Under the pieces are notes generated by a model that had not been told where the DNA came from, ran no database searches, and worked only from the letters and a program-made list of their open reading frames with translations. Shown one piece after another: positions 1-13,025 of a stretch of DNA of 55,492 bases. The DNA is from Octopus bimaculoides. Taxonomy: Eukaryota. Position numbers and translations under genes: made by a program. Each line of letters starts with the position of its first letter. Position 1 is the stretch's first letter. The stretch spans positions 33,102,412-33,157,903 of the forward strand of contig NC_068999.1 of NCBI RefSeq assembly GCF_001194135.2. Direction: 5' to 3'.

Positions 1-77
1 TTTCTTTTAGTACTTTTAGTAACTGTTACGTACCTAATTAATAAGTAGCTTTCTCCATTATAATATAGATATTGTTA

Positions 78-283
78 TGACGGTGCCATGTAAAAGCACT
101 CATGCCTGTGTCGCATAAAAGCACCTGGTACACTCTGCAAAATGGTTGGCATTAGGAAGAGCATCCATCTGTAAAAACCAGACAAATGGAACCAGGGCAC
201 CCCTCCAGCTGGCCAACTCATGTGAAACTGTCCACCCATGTGAGCATGGGGTACTGACTTTAAAAGATGATGATGATGATGAT
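78..283 (+). mobile_element. 5'-truncated RTE-type LINE 3' tail ending in (GAT)n
   Basis: GGTTGGCATTAGGAAGAGCATCC...CCCATG...GATGATGAT, the same tail that directly follows RTE coding sequence at 52070-52475. Confidence 0.75.
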
Positions 284-456
284 ATTTTCCTCAAACACTC
301 TCTCTAATTCTTTTCTCTTATCACAAACACATACTCTCTTCCATCTCAGACTTTCAGTGGATATTATAATATTAATCAGTCAGTTACTCCTTGCTGAAGG
401 TATATTAGTACAAGGCCACCCTTATTTCACTACCATCTTCTCATCTGTATTTACAG

Positions 457-629
457 ATACTACCCGACAACGGAGAGAGAACGAAGTTGATGCCCGTGAC
501 TACCATTTTGTTGCATCTCGAGAGCAAATGGAGCGAGACATTCAAAACCATCTTTTCATTGAAGCTGGCCAGTACAATGACAATCTTTACGGAACTAGTG
601 TTGCATCAGTGAAGGAAGTTGCAGAAAAG
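457..629 (+). CDS. dlg1: Discs large (MAGUK) GUK-domain exon, first of four visible; upstream exons lie outside the window
   Basis: TTACAG acceptor and AAG|GTAGGC donor. Reads (H)[57 protein letters not shown], which closely matches the Dlg GUK GMP-binding subdomain. Confidence 0.97.
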
Positions 630-1179
630 GTAGGCTACTCTCCACATTTATTTACACTTTTCCTTCTATGATGCGTATTTTTCATCAACACTATTCTTCC
701 TATCTCTACTGGGTATAAACTGGATGTTTGGTTAGTTACACTTGAATAATGTTTGCCGATATACCCCAGTTACCATATTTGGGTATGATTAAAATGTTGT
801 GCCTCTGTTTTTAAATTTAATGCTTAATCTTATGAAAACAGTCACTGTATATACTCCTTCAAAGGTTTAGATTCACGAGTCAGATGGCCAAAATATCTCC
901 AGTCATTTTTGAACAGTGGACATAGACCTTAGGATTACACATAACGAAAAGACTTGAGCTCTGTTCACTAAAAATCATATACGTCTGATGTTTAGATTGG
1001 AGACACTATCTGTCTTTAATACTTGGGAAGTTGGCATTAGGGAAGATGGTTGAAAAACTTGAAATTTAAGTATTAGTTACCTACCCCCTCTACACACACA
1101 CAAACACATCTTCAGCTTGATAAAAATTAAACTATGGTTAATCTCCTGTTTTAAAATGTTCTGAATGTTCTTTCTTCAG

Positions 1180-1289
1180 GGCAAACACTGCATTTTGGAC
1201 GTCAGTGGTAACGCAATCAAGCGGCTACAAGTAGCAGGATTATATCCAATCGCAGTTTTCATCAAACCCAAATCCGTGGAATCTATAAT
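1180..1289 (+). CDS. dlg1: Dlg GUK-domain exon (110 nt)
   Basis: TTCTTCAG|GGC...ATAAT|GTAAGT. Encodes [36 protein letters not shown](M), in phase with the neighbouring exons. Confidence 0.97.
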
Positions 1290-1576
1290 GTAAGTTGAAT
1301 TTCTTTTTTCTTTGAGAATTAGAAGTCCTTCTTTGTGCTAATCACTCAGCTGTGAAGTGGAAGTAATTCATCCTTTTTCATCAGGTTGAAAGATGCTAAG
1401 TAATGTACTTTGTCTGAGCGGCTCAGTTCAATTCTTGCCACAGAGAATAATACATCATCTAATTATGTTAGTATAGAGCTTTTTCGATAAGGTTATAATT
1501 GGTATAATTTCTACCAAATGTCTAACAAATTAAGACTTGATCCAGTGAAAAGATGTGAGGTTACCCTCATCTTTTG

Positions 1577-1882
1577 TCTTTTACTTCAGTCATTATATTG
1601 CAACCATGCTGGGACACCAGCTTGGTACTTATTCCATCAATCTCTTTTGTCAAACCACTAAGTTATGAGGACATAAACACCAGTTGTTAAGCTGTGGTGG
1701 AGGTCAAAGGCACACATGCAATGGCCTTCTTTTCAGTTTCTGTCTATCAAATCCACTCACAAAGCTTTGGTCAGCCCAAGACTGTAGTTGGAGACACATG
1801 CACAAGGTGCCATGCAGTGGAACTGACCCAGAAATGATGTGGTTGGGAAGCAAACTTCTTACTACACAGCCATACCTGTGCC
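1577..1882 (-). mobile_element. tRNA-derived SINE, family C, in a dlg1 intron
   Basis: Reverse complement of the head GCTGTGTAGTAAGAAGTTTGCTTCCCAACCAC...GGCACCTTG..., shared with more than eight other copies in the window. Confidence 0.8.
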
Positions 1883-2296
1883 TACATAAGTTATTTTAAT
1901 ATTATTTTTACAAAATAGGTTGGATATGAAAGCTTCAGTTCACTACCGAAGGAAGTTTTTTTTTTTCCATAGTCAGGAGGTATGGCAACACCCATGATCT
2001 GTTACAGGGCCTTCAAGACTGCAGGGAGGGAGAATGGTGTCCTCAAACTGGAAATCCAGCCTGGATACTTGCAACAGAGTGGACTCTGCTAAAGTCACCT
2101 AAGGTACCAGAGAGTTGTGTTAAACTGGAAGTAAACAGTTAAGTCTGTTTATATTGTTTAGTTGGATGTCATCATGTCCTTAATTATCTACATGAATTTA
2201 CTTCCTCTTCCGTATATGTAACTATCTACATAACGCTAGTCCCCAATTGTCTGCTACCTGGTTGTAGTTAACAGATGATGTCTATTTTCATTACAG

Positions 2297-2388
2297 GGAG
2301 ATGAATAAAAGGATCACAGAGGACCAAGCTAGAAAAACTCATGAAAGAGCAATGAAACTTGAGCAAGAATTTGGAGAGTATTTCACAT
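2297..2388 (+). CDS. dlg1: Dlg GUK-domain exon (92 nt)
   Basis: TTACAG|GGAG...ACAT|GTAAGT. Encodes [30 protein letters not shown](S). Confidence 0.97.
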
Positions 2389-3464
2389 GTAAGTAGCAGT
2401 CATCTCCTACGTTGTTTAACTATTGCTGCCTCTAGTTCCAGACTGGTTTGCGACATTATTTCACTATAATGTTCTCTTTCCCAGGAAAATCAAGAATCAC
2501 GACCACTAATGTTAGTCTTTGCAGCATTTCAACTGCAATAAAAGGATTGCCAAGATGACCAGGGCTCTCAGTGGTCTGGAAAACCTAGTCAACTTGGGAT
2601 TGTCAGGGGATTTTTTTCCTAGAGCTATAATTTATTTGCAATTAGTTGTCTTCTTAAATGAATTTATAAATTCTGCATTTCATTCCATATCTACAATGGA
2701 CTTGCCATTTCTGAACTTCTGATCATTCTGTGTGGTGACATTAGTATAGACATCTTCATTAAAATAACAGATTAATGGTTCAAATTTTTGTTTTACAAAG
2801 GTATCATTATTAGATGTGGTTCAGCTGCTTGCCTGCCAGTGCAGACAGGCAGTTTTTACTTAGATGTGGTCAGTAAAGTGTGTGTTTGGTTTTGCATCAC
2901 CTCAGATTTATGACCAAGTTTTGGGAAGGAAGGGTTTTTTGCTATTATTCTTGTTAAATAACTTGGTCAGAAAAGAAGGGAGAGTGGTCATCACATTTTC
3001 AGGCTTTTCTTTCAGATTGATAAAATTGATGTAGCTTGATTCTCTACCTGAACATCAAAAAGTGGATGGCAGTGATGAGTGAATTGAAGATCTGGCCCTG
3101 ATATTTGCATCAGTGAGCTCTGCTAAAGCTACCCAAAAACCACATTGTAGAGTGAAACTGGTCAGCCTATTAAGCCGACCATCCAAGAATTTATTGTCTT
3201 ATATAGAGCATTAGACTAGCCTTGTGTTCCAACATTGAGCAATGTCCTCTTTCTTCTCTTTCTATTACAAGGATCATTCAATCACTGTGTCTAGCTACGA
3301 AACTGTCATCACACCTACCGTATTGTTCATATTTTTCCCCAATGTATTATCCCTAGAGAGTTTCATTCTTCAGGGACTCTGTTCCGATCAATTCATACTA
3401 ACCTTAGCTACTTCTATCCACTGTTTGCTGTCACTTTATGTCAACTTCTCTCCCTCTCTTTCAG

Positions 3465-3571
3465 CTGTCGTACAAGGAGACACGGCTGATGAAATCTATG
3501 CAAAGGTCAAAGAAGTGATCCGTGACCAGTCAGGACCAACAATATGGGTGCCAGCCAAGGAAAAACTCTGA
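3465..3571 (+). CDS. dlg1: Dlg terminal coding exon
   Basis: Polypyrimidine tract plus TTTCAG|CT. Encodes (S)[34 protein letters not shown], the typical Dlg C-terminus. The four exons total 482 nt: 2 nt completing an upstream codon plus 160 codons including TGA. Confidence 0.97.
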
Positions 3572-3666
3572 AATTCATCTTTTATGATTATCTAAATTGG
3601 AAAAGATTGAAAACAACATGCAAAGCAAAGCAAAATTTTCAATAACAATATACATGCATATATGTA

Positions 3667-3698
<32 letters not shown>

Positions 3699-3699
3699 C

Positions 3700-3748
<49 letters not shown>

Positions 3749-5021
3749 NNNNNNNNNNNNNNNNNNNNNNNNNNNNNNNNNNNNNNNNNNNNNNNNNNNN
3801 NNNNNNNNNNNNNNNNNNNNNNNNNNNNNNNNNNNNNNNNNNNNNNNNNNNNNNNNNNNNNNNNNNNNNNNNNNNNNNNNNNNNNNNNNNNNNNNNNNNN
3901 NNNNNNNNNNNNNNNNNNNNNNNNNNNNNNNNNNNNNNNNNNNNNNNNNNNNNNNNNNNNNNNNNNNNNNNNNNNNNNNNNNNNNNNNNNNNNNNNNNNN
4001 NNNNNNNNNNNNNNNNNNNNNNNNNNNNNNNNNNNNNNNNNNNNNNNNNNNNNNNNNNNNNNNNNNNNNNNNNNNNNNNNNNNNNNNNNNNNNNNNNNNN
4101 NNNNNNNNNNNNNNNNNNNNNNNNNNNNNNNNNNNNNNNNNNNNNNNNNNNNNNNNNNNNNNNNNNNNNNNNNNNNNNNNNNNNNNNNNNNNNNNNNNNN
4201 NNNNNNNNNNNNNNNNNNNNNNNNNNNNNNNNNNNNNNNNNNNNNNNNNCTATCGTGTCTGTAGGAAAATTCAAAAAAACACCTTTATCTCAACTTAAAA
4301 TGTCCAGTTCAGCTACTTTTTACTGCAACCCCCAGTACTTGAATGGAAGGTGGGGTCATCACAGGCAATTGTTAGTGTGGGCGGGGGTCCAAGGGCCAGC
4401 AGTTTAGAGTCAGAATCGGAAGCGCCTTGTTGTGTTGTAGTTGTTTCCTCTTTTCTCCTACCCTCTTCTTGCATCTGCTTAATAATTAACACAACCACAA
4501 CCTTCATGATGATGAGGAGGAGGAGGGGAGGAGGACAAGGAAATTTGATAAAAAAAAGCCAAATTTAATCATTACACCGTCACTAACCCCCTCCTCAACA
4601 CCATCTCCAAACACCTAATGACAAACAATCAGAAAGGGGCTGCACTAATACATTACATGTTTGGGTGACATAAATGCTACACCTCTAACTTCAACACTAC
4701 CCACTCTTCTTTTTTTAATTTTTTAAAAAATCTATTATCCGCCTCTGTGTTTCTCAGCACCCCAACTTTGATGTAGATTCTCACAACACACACACACACA
4801 CATACACACATATATAACCGCTTAGTGTTGACTGTCAGAAGAAAAAGTACTTGATACCATAGTAGAGATTAATAACATTTTTTTAATTCTATCCGTGACA
4901 CTCTTGCTACCCTAAGCTTCATGTTACACGGGGTCATCAGGCAAGTTACAACTCAAAAGACTTACTTGAAGACCTTGTGTACCTACTAGTAGCAAGAGAC
5001 TCACCAAAATAAATAAATAAA

Positions 5022-5064
<43 letters not shown>

Positions 5065-5521
5065 ACACACACCTTTCATTTTCTGCTCCTACTATCCCCA
5101 CCTCCTAATCATTTCATACCTAATTTGCCAAGATTTTTTTTTCTCTTTCATTCTGCTTTCTTTAGTGTTTTGGTATTCTAAGTGTGCCACCACCTCTACC
5201 ACATCTCTCTCTCTCTCTCTCTCTTTTTCTCTTCATATGCTCTCACTCACCATCACTACTCTCTTCTCTCTCTATCAACCACCACTGCCACCCTTCCCTT
5301 AAGTGCACATTTCTAGTTTGTGATGTCCAGTGTGCCACCAGCACCACCACTGAGATGTCCAGTTCTACCACCAGAATGGGAAGTGTTGCTCTTAGAGAGA
5401 GTGAGAGAAATAGAGAGGAGTGCTACTTCTCATTTTACGCTTCCTCAGACTTCATCATTATCATTGTGTGTCATCATTTATTCAGCATTTCTCTCTCTCT
5501 CTCTTTCTCTCTTTCTCTCTT

Positions 5522-5572
<51 letters not shown>

Positions 5573-6065
5573 GCCCTCCTCTCTTTTGTTGACACCTCAT
5601 ATTTTCTTTTCTTGTTAATTTACTGCTGAGATCTGTGGTGGCTGGCTGCTAGCTGACCCCCCCTTAATAACCCCCACCATCGTTGTTCCCTTCAATCAGA
5701 GTTGAGAGGTTCAATTCTGTGTGTTGCCATCAACAGCACACGGTTGATATCCATGGGTTCATGCCTTTACTCGATATTTCTGTGAATGAGGAAGAAGAAA
5801 ACCCGTTTACTGTAGCATCCATTGTGAGGGAGGGGGAGGGATGTTTTTGTTTATTATTATTTGTTTAAGGATATAGAACTTTTTTTATTTCTTGGGGTAA
5901 TTTTGTTTTTTTTGTCATCTGAATATAGAATGTTTTTTTTAACCTTTTATTTTATTATTTTTATTTTGCATATATTTGTAAAGAATATTGTTTATTAATT
6001 ATTTCTTAAAATTATTTCGTAAACCTTATCTTTGAAATAAAAAATTAAAAGAATTTACTTTAAAA
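3572..6065 (+). other. Probable dlg1 3' UTR containing (TA)n, (CA)n and (CT)n tracts
   Basis: Follows the stop codon. A U-rich stretch at about 5860-6090 contains AATAAA at 6036-6041 with T-rich sequence downstream. The true end is unverified. Confidence 0.4.
6036..6041 (+). promoter_or_regulatory. Candidate polyadenylation signal
   Basis: AATAAA followed by TTGTATTCTTTT; earlier AATAAA hexamers also exist (about 5008-5020). Confidence 0.3.
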
Positions 6066-6214
6066 ATTTGTATTCTTTTACTTCATATTTACTTTCTGCC
6101 AATTTAGAAGTGTGGAGGGGTGGGGCATTTGGATCTTTGTTTTGTTTGTAAGGTGGGGAATTGGCAGAATCGTTAAGGCATTGCAGAAAATGCCTTGCAG
6201 TTTTCCAGCTTGTT

Positions 6215-6595
6215 TACTTGTTTCTGTTATTAGACTGTGACCATGCTGGGGCACTGCCTTGAAGAATTTTTAGCTGAATGAATCAATCCTAGTACTTTTT
6301 TTTTATTATTCTATTATATACCTGGTACTTATTCTATCAGTTCTTTGGCTGAACTGCTAATCTACAGGGATATAAATAAACCAACACTGGTTATCAAGTG
6401 GTGATTGGGAGCAAACACAAACATACACACACATATATACAATAGGCTTCTTTCAGTTTCTTTCAATCAAATCCACTCACAAGGCTTTGGTCAGCCTGAA
6501 ATTGTAGAAGAAGACATTTGCCCAAGGTGTTATGCAGTGGTACTGAACTTGAGACCATGTGGTTGAAAAACAAATTTCTTACCACACGGCCATGC
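6215..6595 (-). mobile_element. SINE family C
   Basis: Same head, AAATCCACTCACAAGGCTTTGG block, internal (CA)n and 3' CCCCAGCATGG block as the other C copies. Confidence 0.8.
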
Positions 6596-6771
6596 TGTTT
6601 ATGCTCTGAGTTCAAATCCAACCAAGTCAACCTGGCCTTTCATTCTTTCAGGGTCAGTAAGATAAAGTACCAGTCAAGTGTTAGTCAACAGTATTAACTA
6701 ATCCCTTTGCCCAAATTTCAAACCTTCTGCCTATGTTAAAAACAATTATCTTTGTGTTTTCTTAGATAGTT

Positions 6772-7062
6772 TAGTGGTTCTCAACTGGGATTCATATAAG
6801 ATTTGGGGTAGGGTCCATGCTTGTAAAATAGTAAACTTGAGATCCACAATGTTATTTTAAAGGCCCATGAAAAGTGTTGATTTAAATGTATTATGTATTG
6901 CAAGAAACAGCTAGGTTTCTTTCTCTAACTATTTTACATAGTTCAACCTATACAAGTGAAGGAGTGAATAGCAAAATAGGAATTTTTAAAGAAGTATCTA
7001 TAAAATTAGTTTTTAAACATTGAATTGCTATGGTCCAAGTAAAAAATAGTTAAGAACCACTA
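6772..7062. mobile_element. hAT-like MITE
   Basis: TIRs TAGTGGTTCTCAACT / AGTTAAGAACCACTA; internal sequence homologous to 47883-48234. Confidence 0.75.
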
Positions 7063-8470
7063 GTTTACATGAAAAATCTCAACTAATTCATTAGAAAGAT
7101 CATATTTTTGACTTCTGACATTGATTAAAATGTTTGTAAACAGAATTTCAAATTGAGGAGCAATTGGTTAGTTCTTTAAGTAATTTCTGGATCTGTTCCA
7201 TTGCATTTATTTGTTTATGGTAAGAACTGTTTGTATCATTAGGTAAGGAGGAGAGATTAGGATTCCTGTATTACAAGGTAATATTGGTTTGGAGTTAACC
7301 TAGGATAGAGCACCGGAGACAAAAGTATTGAATCAATGTATCCAGTTGTATGATGGAGTAAACATATGGCTACAGCAGTGTTTATTTATTGATGCGATGA
7401 TGTACCTTGGTGAAGTTGCATGACAGGGTAGATAGAACACATGGAAAGAGAGAGAAAGACAACAGATGCACCCAGGTGAAGTTATATGACAGGAAAGCCT
7501 ACCATTATCTTCATTCTTGTGAAGCAGACATTTTTCTCTCAACACATCACTGTTCTATTTTAGTTCTATAAAGCAACAAACTGAAAACTCATTTCTGCTT
7601 CTTAGTATTTTTCCATGAACTATATGTGGGTGTGATATCTTTAGAATTATCTACTCTAGTGTTACCTGACATCATCATTTCATGCTGGGCGTTAACCTCC
7701 TACTCCCCTGAATATAGAAAGGGTTGCAATAGTTTAAATTCCTAATATAACCATCAAACCCTTACTCTGATTGACTATTCATTTCAGTGGGTTTTAACAT
7801 AACTCCAGAGAAATGGTTTTTGCTATTACTTTTCTAATAGTGTTGAATTTATTTCTCAAGCAATACTTGGAACCAGGCTTTTGGCTAGGGCTTGTCTTGT
7901 GTTAATACTGAAGTGATTGGTTTGGTTGTCTGTTGTTTATCAACCATTTAAATATAACATTATTTTGGAGTTGATCTAACCTTTCAACCTTCTGAAATGA
8001 GTATAATTAATACAAGTAATGTAGTGAGGGTCATTTAGATTGTCTATGCCCATGCTGTATAAATCTGAGTTAGATGTTACACCAATTATTAAAATGAATG
8101 CTTCTGTATTTGTCTCTGATATAAATTTGTCATCTCACACCCCATTGAACTGATTTTCTTAATTTTTGATGTTTTTAGGGCATTAAAATTTCCAACAATA
8201 AAGTTATCTCAGTTAAAAGTAAGATTTTTAAAAATTTTGGAAAGAAAAAGGTTATTATAATAATTTATATCCAACTTGGTGAATTATATATGAAATACCT
8301 CCAAATATTACAAATGTTGATATTTTAGATAATGCTGCCCTAACATGACTGGAACCTGTTAATGAGTCAAAATATTTTAAAATCCAGAATCCCTAAAACT
8401 GTATCTTAAAAATAAAGAATGTTTTAAAACTAGGAAAAGAAACAGAATAATTAATATCTCCAATAATGAA

Positions 8471-8683
8471 GGTGGTGAGCTGGCAAAATTGTTAGTACAC
8501 CAGGCAAAGTGCTTAGCATTTCATCCATCCTTGCGTTTTAAGTTCAAATTCTGCCAAGGTCGACTTTGCCTTTCATCCTTTTGGGCTCAATGAAATAAGC
8601 ACCAGTTGAACACTGAGGTCAATGTAATTGACTTACCCTCGCCTATGAAATTGCTGGCCTTGTGCCAAAATGTGAAACCAATA
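8471..8683 (+). mobile_element. tRNA-derived SINE, family B
   Basis: GGTGGTGAGCTGGCAAAATTGTTAG head, B-box-like AGTTCAAAT, GTCGACTTTGCCTTTCATCC body. Confidence 0.8.
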
Positions 8684-9042
8684 TCTGCAATGTCTTAAGG
8701 GCTGGTTGGCTGTAGTCTATTTTCTTTACCTCAGTACATAACTGATACTCTCAAGGATATGAATTGATTAAACTGTTGGCTGTATTACATTCAGTCAAGT
8801 GTTCTGCTGTGTTTGCCACAACAGTTCTGCTTTGAGCTGGCAGACTCATTAGAGTGACAGGTGAAAAAAGGCTTTGCAGTATTTCTTCTGACTCATTACA
8901 TTCTGAGTTAAAATTATGGTGAGGTTCACAAAATAAAGTACCAGTCAAATATTGGAGTTAATACTATTGACTAACCCCTACCTTCAAATTACTGACCTTG
9001 TACCAAAATTTGAGAGAAATGTTCTAATGTTTTAATGTTTCT

Positions 9043-9085
<43 letters not shown>

Positions 9086-10582
9086 CATCCCTCTACTGCT
9101 GACACCAAATTACTGTACACTGCTATTTTCTACAACTATGATTGTCTGCCCTTTGCATAGATGAACATTATTCATCCTGAATGAGATCTTCCCATATCTT
9201 CCTCTTTCTTTACAAGTGTATGTGAGGTGAGGGACAGAGAAGACCTGAATGTTCTATTCACCCCCACCTCAACGCCACTTGTTTGCTCATTGCTTCATCA
9301 ATTCTAGGGAGAAATGAGAAGGAAGTTATCTTTCCCAAACATGCCACCATGTTTTCCTCCCCCCATGTAGAAGCTGTTGAAATAATTCTGCTATTGCTAA
9401 TGTCCAGCTGAGTTGACTGAGTAAACATACAGTCAAAAACTGTTTTTTACACTATTGACTCCTGGTTCTTTAGTTGATACATTCTCCCAGTACTGGTCTT
9501 CTGTCCATCTGAGGCACAACGATTGATTCTCACATGTTAACCAGTAATAAACTGGTGTCATATCCAGGATGAAGATTCCTCTTTCAACAACTTCCTACTC
9601 TGAAGTACTAAGCTAAGACAGCATATTTATGACAACACCCTATCCCCTGCTCATTATATATCACAACTACTGTCATTTCTACAACCACCACCATCAGTTC
9701 TATTACCACCTCTATCAGTTCTCTCATAACTTACTCTGTTTAATATCCATGTATACTGGTTGATTTGTTTTGTAACCATTTCTCCTTTTTTCCCCATGGA
9801 ACAGCGCTCCCACTGGAACCTTTAATATTTCTTTTCATATACCATGGCTGGTGGTTGACTTCATGTTTTATTCCTGTCATGTCTCAGTGTTTCCTCATAT
9901 AAATCCAAATAAATTTGGAGAAATATTAAATGAACCATTCTTTTTGTGTTGTTATATTTTTGTTACTTGTTCATTTTAATCATAATTTAAATTGTTTTTT
10001 TTTAATTTTCTTATATACAAATATTTATTTCAACTTGTGTGAGGGGTCAGTGGTTTGTTTGTATAGGATCCATAATTTTAGTATACCACACAACAGACAT
10101 TGAGTTCTTCAACAAGATACTCCACTGGTTATTATTTTGACAAGAGATATACATACATTCAGTCAAGACAAAACATGGAATCGAAGCTTTACTGCTGTTA
10201 CAACTGACTTGTAACTGCAAGTCAATGTTGTTTTATAGTGAAGCCCATACCAGCCATGATCACTTTATTTTTGTTTTAAGATATAATACATCTGAGACAG
10301 GTTCTTTCATGTCCTTCCAATGGTGGTTTAACTGGTACCTATTGTCAACAATATCTCCAACAGTGGTGGAAGTGCTAGTATGTGATAAGCCACTTGAGAC
10401 AGATGTGATCTCTTATTTGTGTCTTCTTCAGATCCTAAAGGGGTGAGAAAATACCCTGTGATTTCTTTTTCTTTTTTACCCAACTAAGTATAACTACAAT
10501 TAAAAGAAGGCCATGACAATGAATTAAAACCCCCCAATATTCAATGGCATGAAAATGTTGCAGACAAGTGTCTTGTAATTGT

Positions 10583-10800
10583 TTAACCCTTCAGTATTCA
10601 GATTACTTTTGTCAAGTGATAGGTTTTACATATTCATATTGCTTTAAATTAATCAAATGTTATCACATAGCTTTGAGATTTTGATAATGTACTAGTTTAT
10701 TTTTAAAATGGTATTGTTGGGTAGGCATGAGAGTCTAGATCAAGCCAGTTTGAACATAAAACAGGGCCCGATATGGCCAGTTTGAATGCTAAAGGGTTAA
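10583..10800. mobile_element. piggyBac-like MITE
   Basis: TTAA target sites on both sides; TIRs CCCTTCAGTATTCA / TGAATGCTAAAGGG (12 of 14 match). Further copies at 22480-22710 and, partially, 36340-36452. Confidence 0.7.
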
Positions 10801-12049
10801 TAGTTATATGGTGCATCGATATTTTACCAATATGGAAAGAAGGTATGTAAAATAAACATAGAAAGAGACAAGTGATCATGGTGGTTGTTTATGTTTATCA
10901 AATTTAATAATCTACTTAAAACAAAAGTAATTTAACAATAGTTGGGGTAGAAAGAGCAGTAAAAATAAACACTACAAAATATAAGAAAGCAACAAACAAA
11001 AATTTAATATATAATGTGTGACATTGGCATTAAATATATATACATATGTGTGTTTCTATTGAAACGTATGAGAATTAGGGGTAACCACTGGAACCTAACT
11101 ACTTTCTGCCCCTGATGAACTAACTGCCTTAACACACTTTGTTTTATCTTAAAAACAAAACCAGTGGAGGCTTAACACTTCCATCTGCATTGAAGAATAT
11201 TTACCCAATGGGTAAAACGTTTCATACACTCACACACCTACCCCCTACAATATAAACTATATTAATCAAATAATTCTGCTTTGTTTTAATTATTTCACTG
11301 CCAGGATGATATATGGTCCATGTTATAATTTAATTAGAAATGAAGCCTGGAAAATCTAGGAAGGGAGAAGCTGGAAGTTGTATCATTCATGCCTTTCCTA
11401 AAGTGTTAGTGACATAAGCATCACCAGTCTACTAGGTCAACTGGAGATTTACATCCCCAAAAAGTTATCAGAGTTGATTTCTTACTTTGGTACATTTCCA
11501 GATTTCTAAAAGCTACTGAGTGGAATGTGAATTTGTTACATTCATGCTTTTCTCAGGAGTACAAGAGGTATATAAGGGAAATAAAAGTGATCTAAGTGGG
11601 AATTAAAACCAATGTATGGTCTTAGATCAGTTAAATTTTGCCTCTACTTTAGTGTGTTAACTGTAATGTTGCTATGAAAACCTACCTAATCCATGCCAAC
11701 ACGGAAACTGAATACAAAATTACTGTTGTTGTCAATGTTGATGAATTCAAAATTTTGATCCTAAAGAAGTATATTGTCCAAACCTTCATCTTCAGAGAAT
11801 ACTTTCACAAGTTATGGCTGGTAATGAGTTGATTTGGGTCATCCTTACATACTTCCAGGCCTCTCCACTGGGGTGCGTATTGTCAGACCTATTTTACTTT
11901 ACCTGATAAACAGTTCTATAGTTGAAGAATTTGTCTTAAAAAGAAAACATCCCTAATTGTTTCTTGAAAGACATTTTGCCCAAAGAATTACACAACTTAT
12001 TCCAGTGAAGTTGATGGGAAAACACTTTAAATACACACACACACACACA

Positions 12050-12098
<49 letters not shown>

Positions 12099-13025
12099 TG
12101 AGACCTTCCCCTTATTGTTTTCTAAAATATCAATTCCAGGGATTGAATTACTTAAATTATTCCAAACCAAACTAATAGTGATTATAATGATTACTGTTTT
12201 CAAATTAACAGAATCTCACAGGGGAACGTCTGCAACTGGAACATTTTCCTTCTGTTGGAGAAGCTTCAAAAGGTTTCTTTTGGTAGCATTCTCTAGTGTG
12301 AAATCTACTAAATTATCATGGTGTCTCTAGAGAAGACTTACAAGAATGGTTTCTTGTTGCCTTCTCTAGGTAGTTATGAAATTTTAAGCGTTTAATAATG
12401 ACATAATGATTATCACAATGTCTATACTTTGTTCAGGTGCATGAAAAGTTATGATATTTACCCAGTGGAAACAACCCATGTCTACATTGTGACACTTGAC
12501 TATATTACCGTTGTTTAAATCTTGCTAGATGCCAGTAAATCTTGGCAGGATTTGAACCTAGTAATATATGTTCTAGAATAAAAGCTCACAATATCATTTA
12601 CCTCTTCATTGTACCTATTTACACCTACACAGATTGAGCCAGTGAGGGTTAAGTGTTTTAACATGTACCATCAACTTTTTTGTTTTATAATACTTATCTC
12701 CATCATCTTCCGCTTGTCATCATATTATTACGGATCTACAAGAAAGAGGAAGTGGGGTTTCAAATCAGTGGCATGGTGATTTTAATTCTTAGCTGAAATG
12801 ATTTCACTCGAGTCCCTCATCATACGATTCCATTCCATCCTGAAAATCTGTGGAATTAGGTGAAGTAATAAATTCTTAGCAATAATTACTCACTGTGTGT
12901 ATGTGTGCTGCACCGTGCCTAGCAACACCACATTTGGTTTGTTATCCACCATTTTGAAACATATCAACAAGAATTCTTCATTCCACTTGAGATTCATGCT
13001 GGAAATAACAAATTATTATTATTCA

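Noticed and set aside
267-456. N-terminal extension of the ORF 267-671
   Set aside because: Intronic read-through starting in a (GAT)n tail; the real exon begins at 457. Likewise 3242-3464 upstream of the last exon.
3597-4298. Long ORFs of YI repeats and X (also at about 33.2-33.7, 34.9-35.9, 50.4 and 51.3 kb)
   Set aside because: Produced by (TA)n or (CA)n tracts and N gaps that lack stop codons.
4925-4945. CTGATGA on minus (also CTGATGA at about 11110, 14650, 43160 and 44430)
   Set aside because: No following stem II-GAAA-stem III geometry.
6764-7070. TSD for the first hAT-like MITE
   Set aside because: Flanks AGATAGTT and GTTTACAT do not match, so no TSD is claimed.
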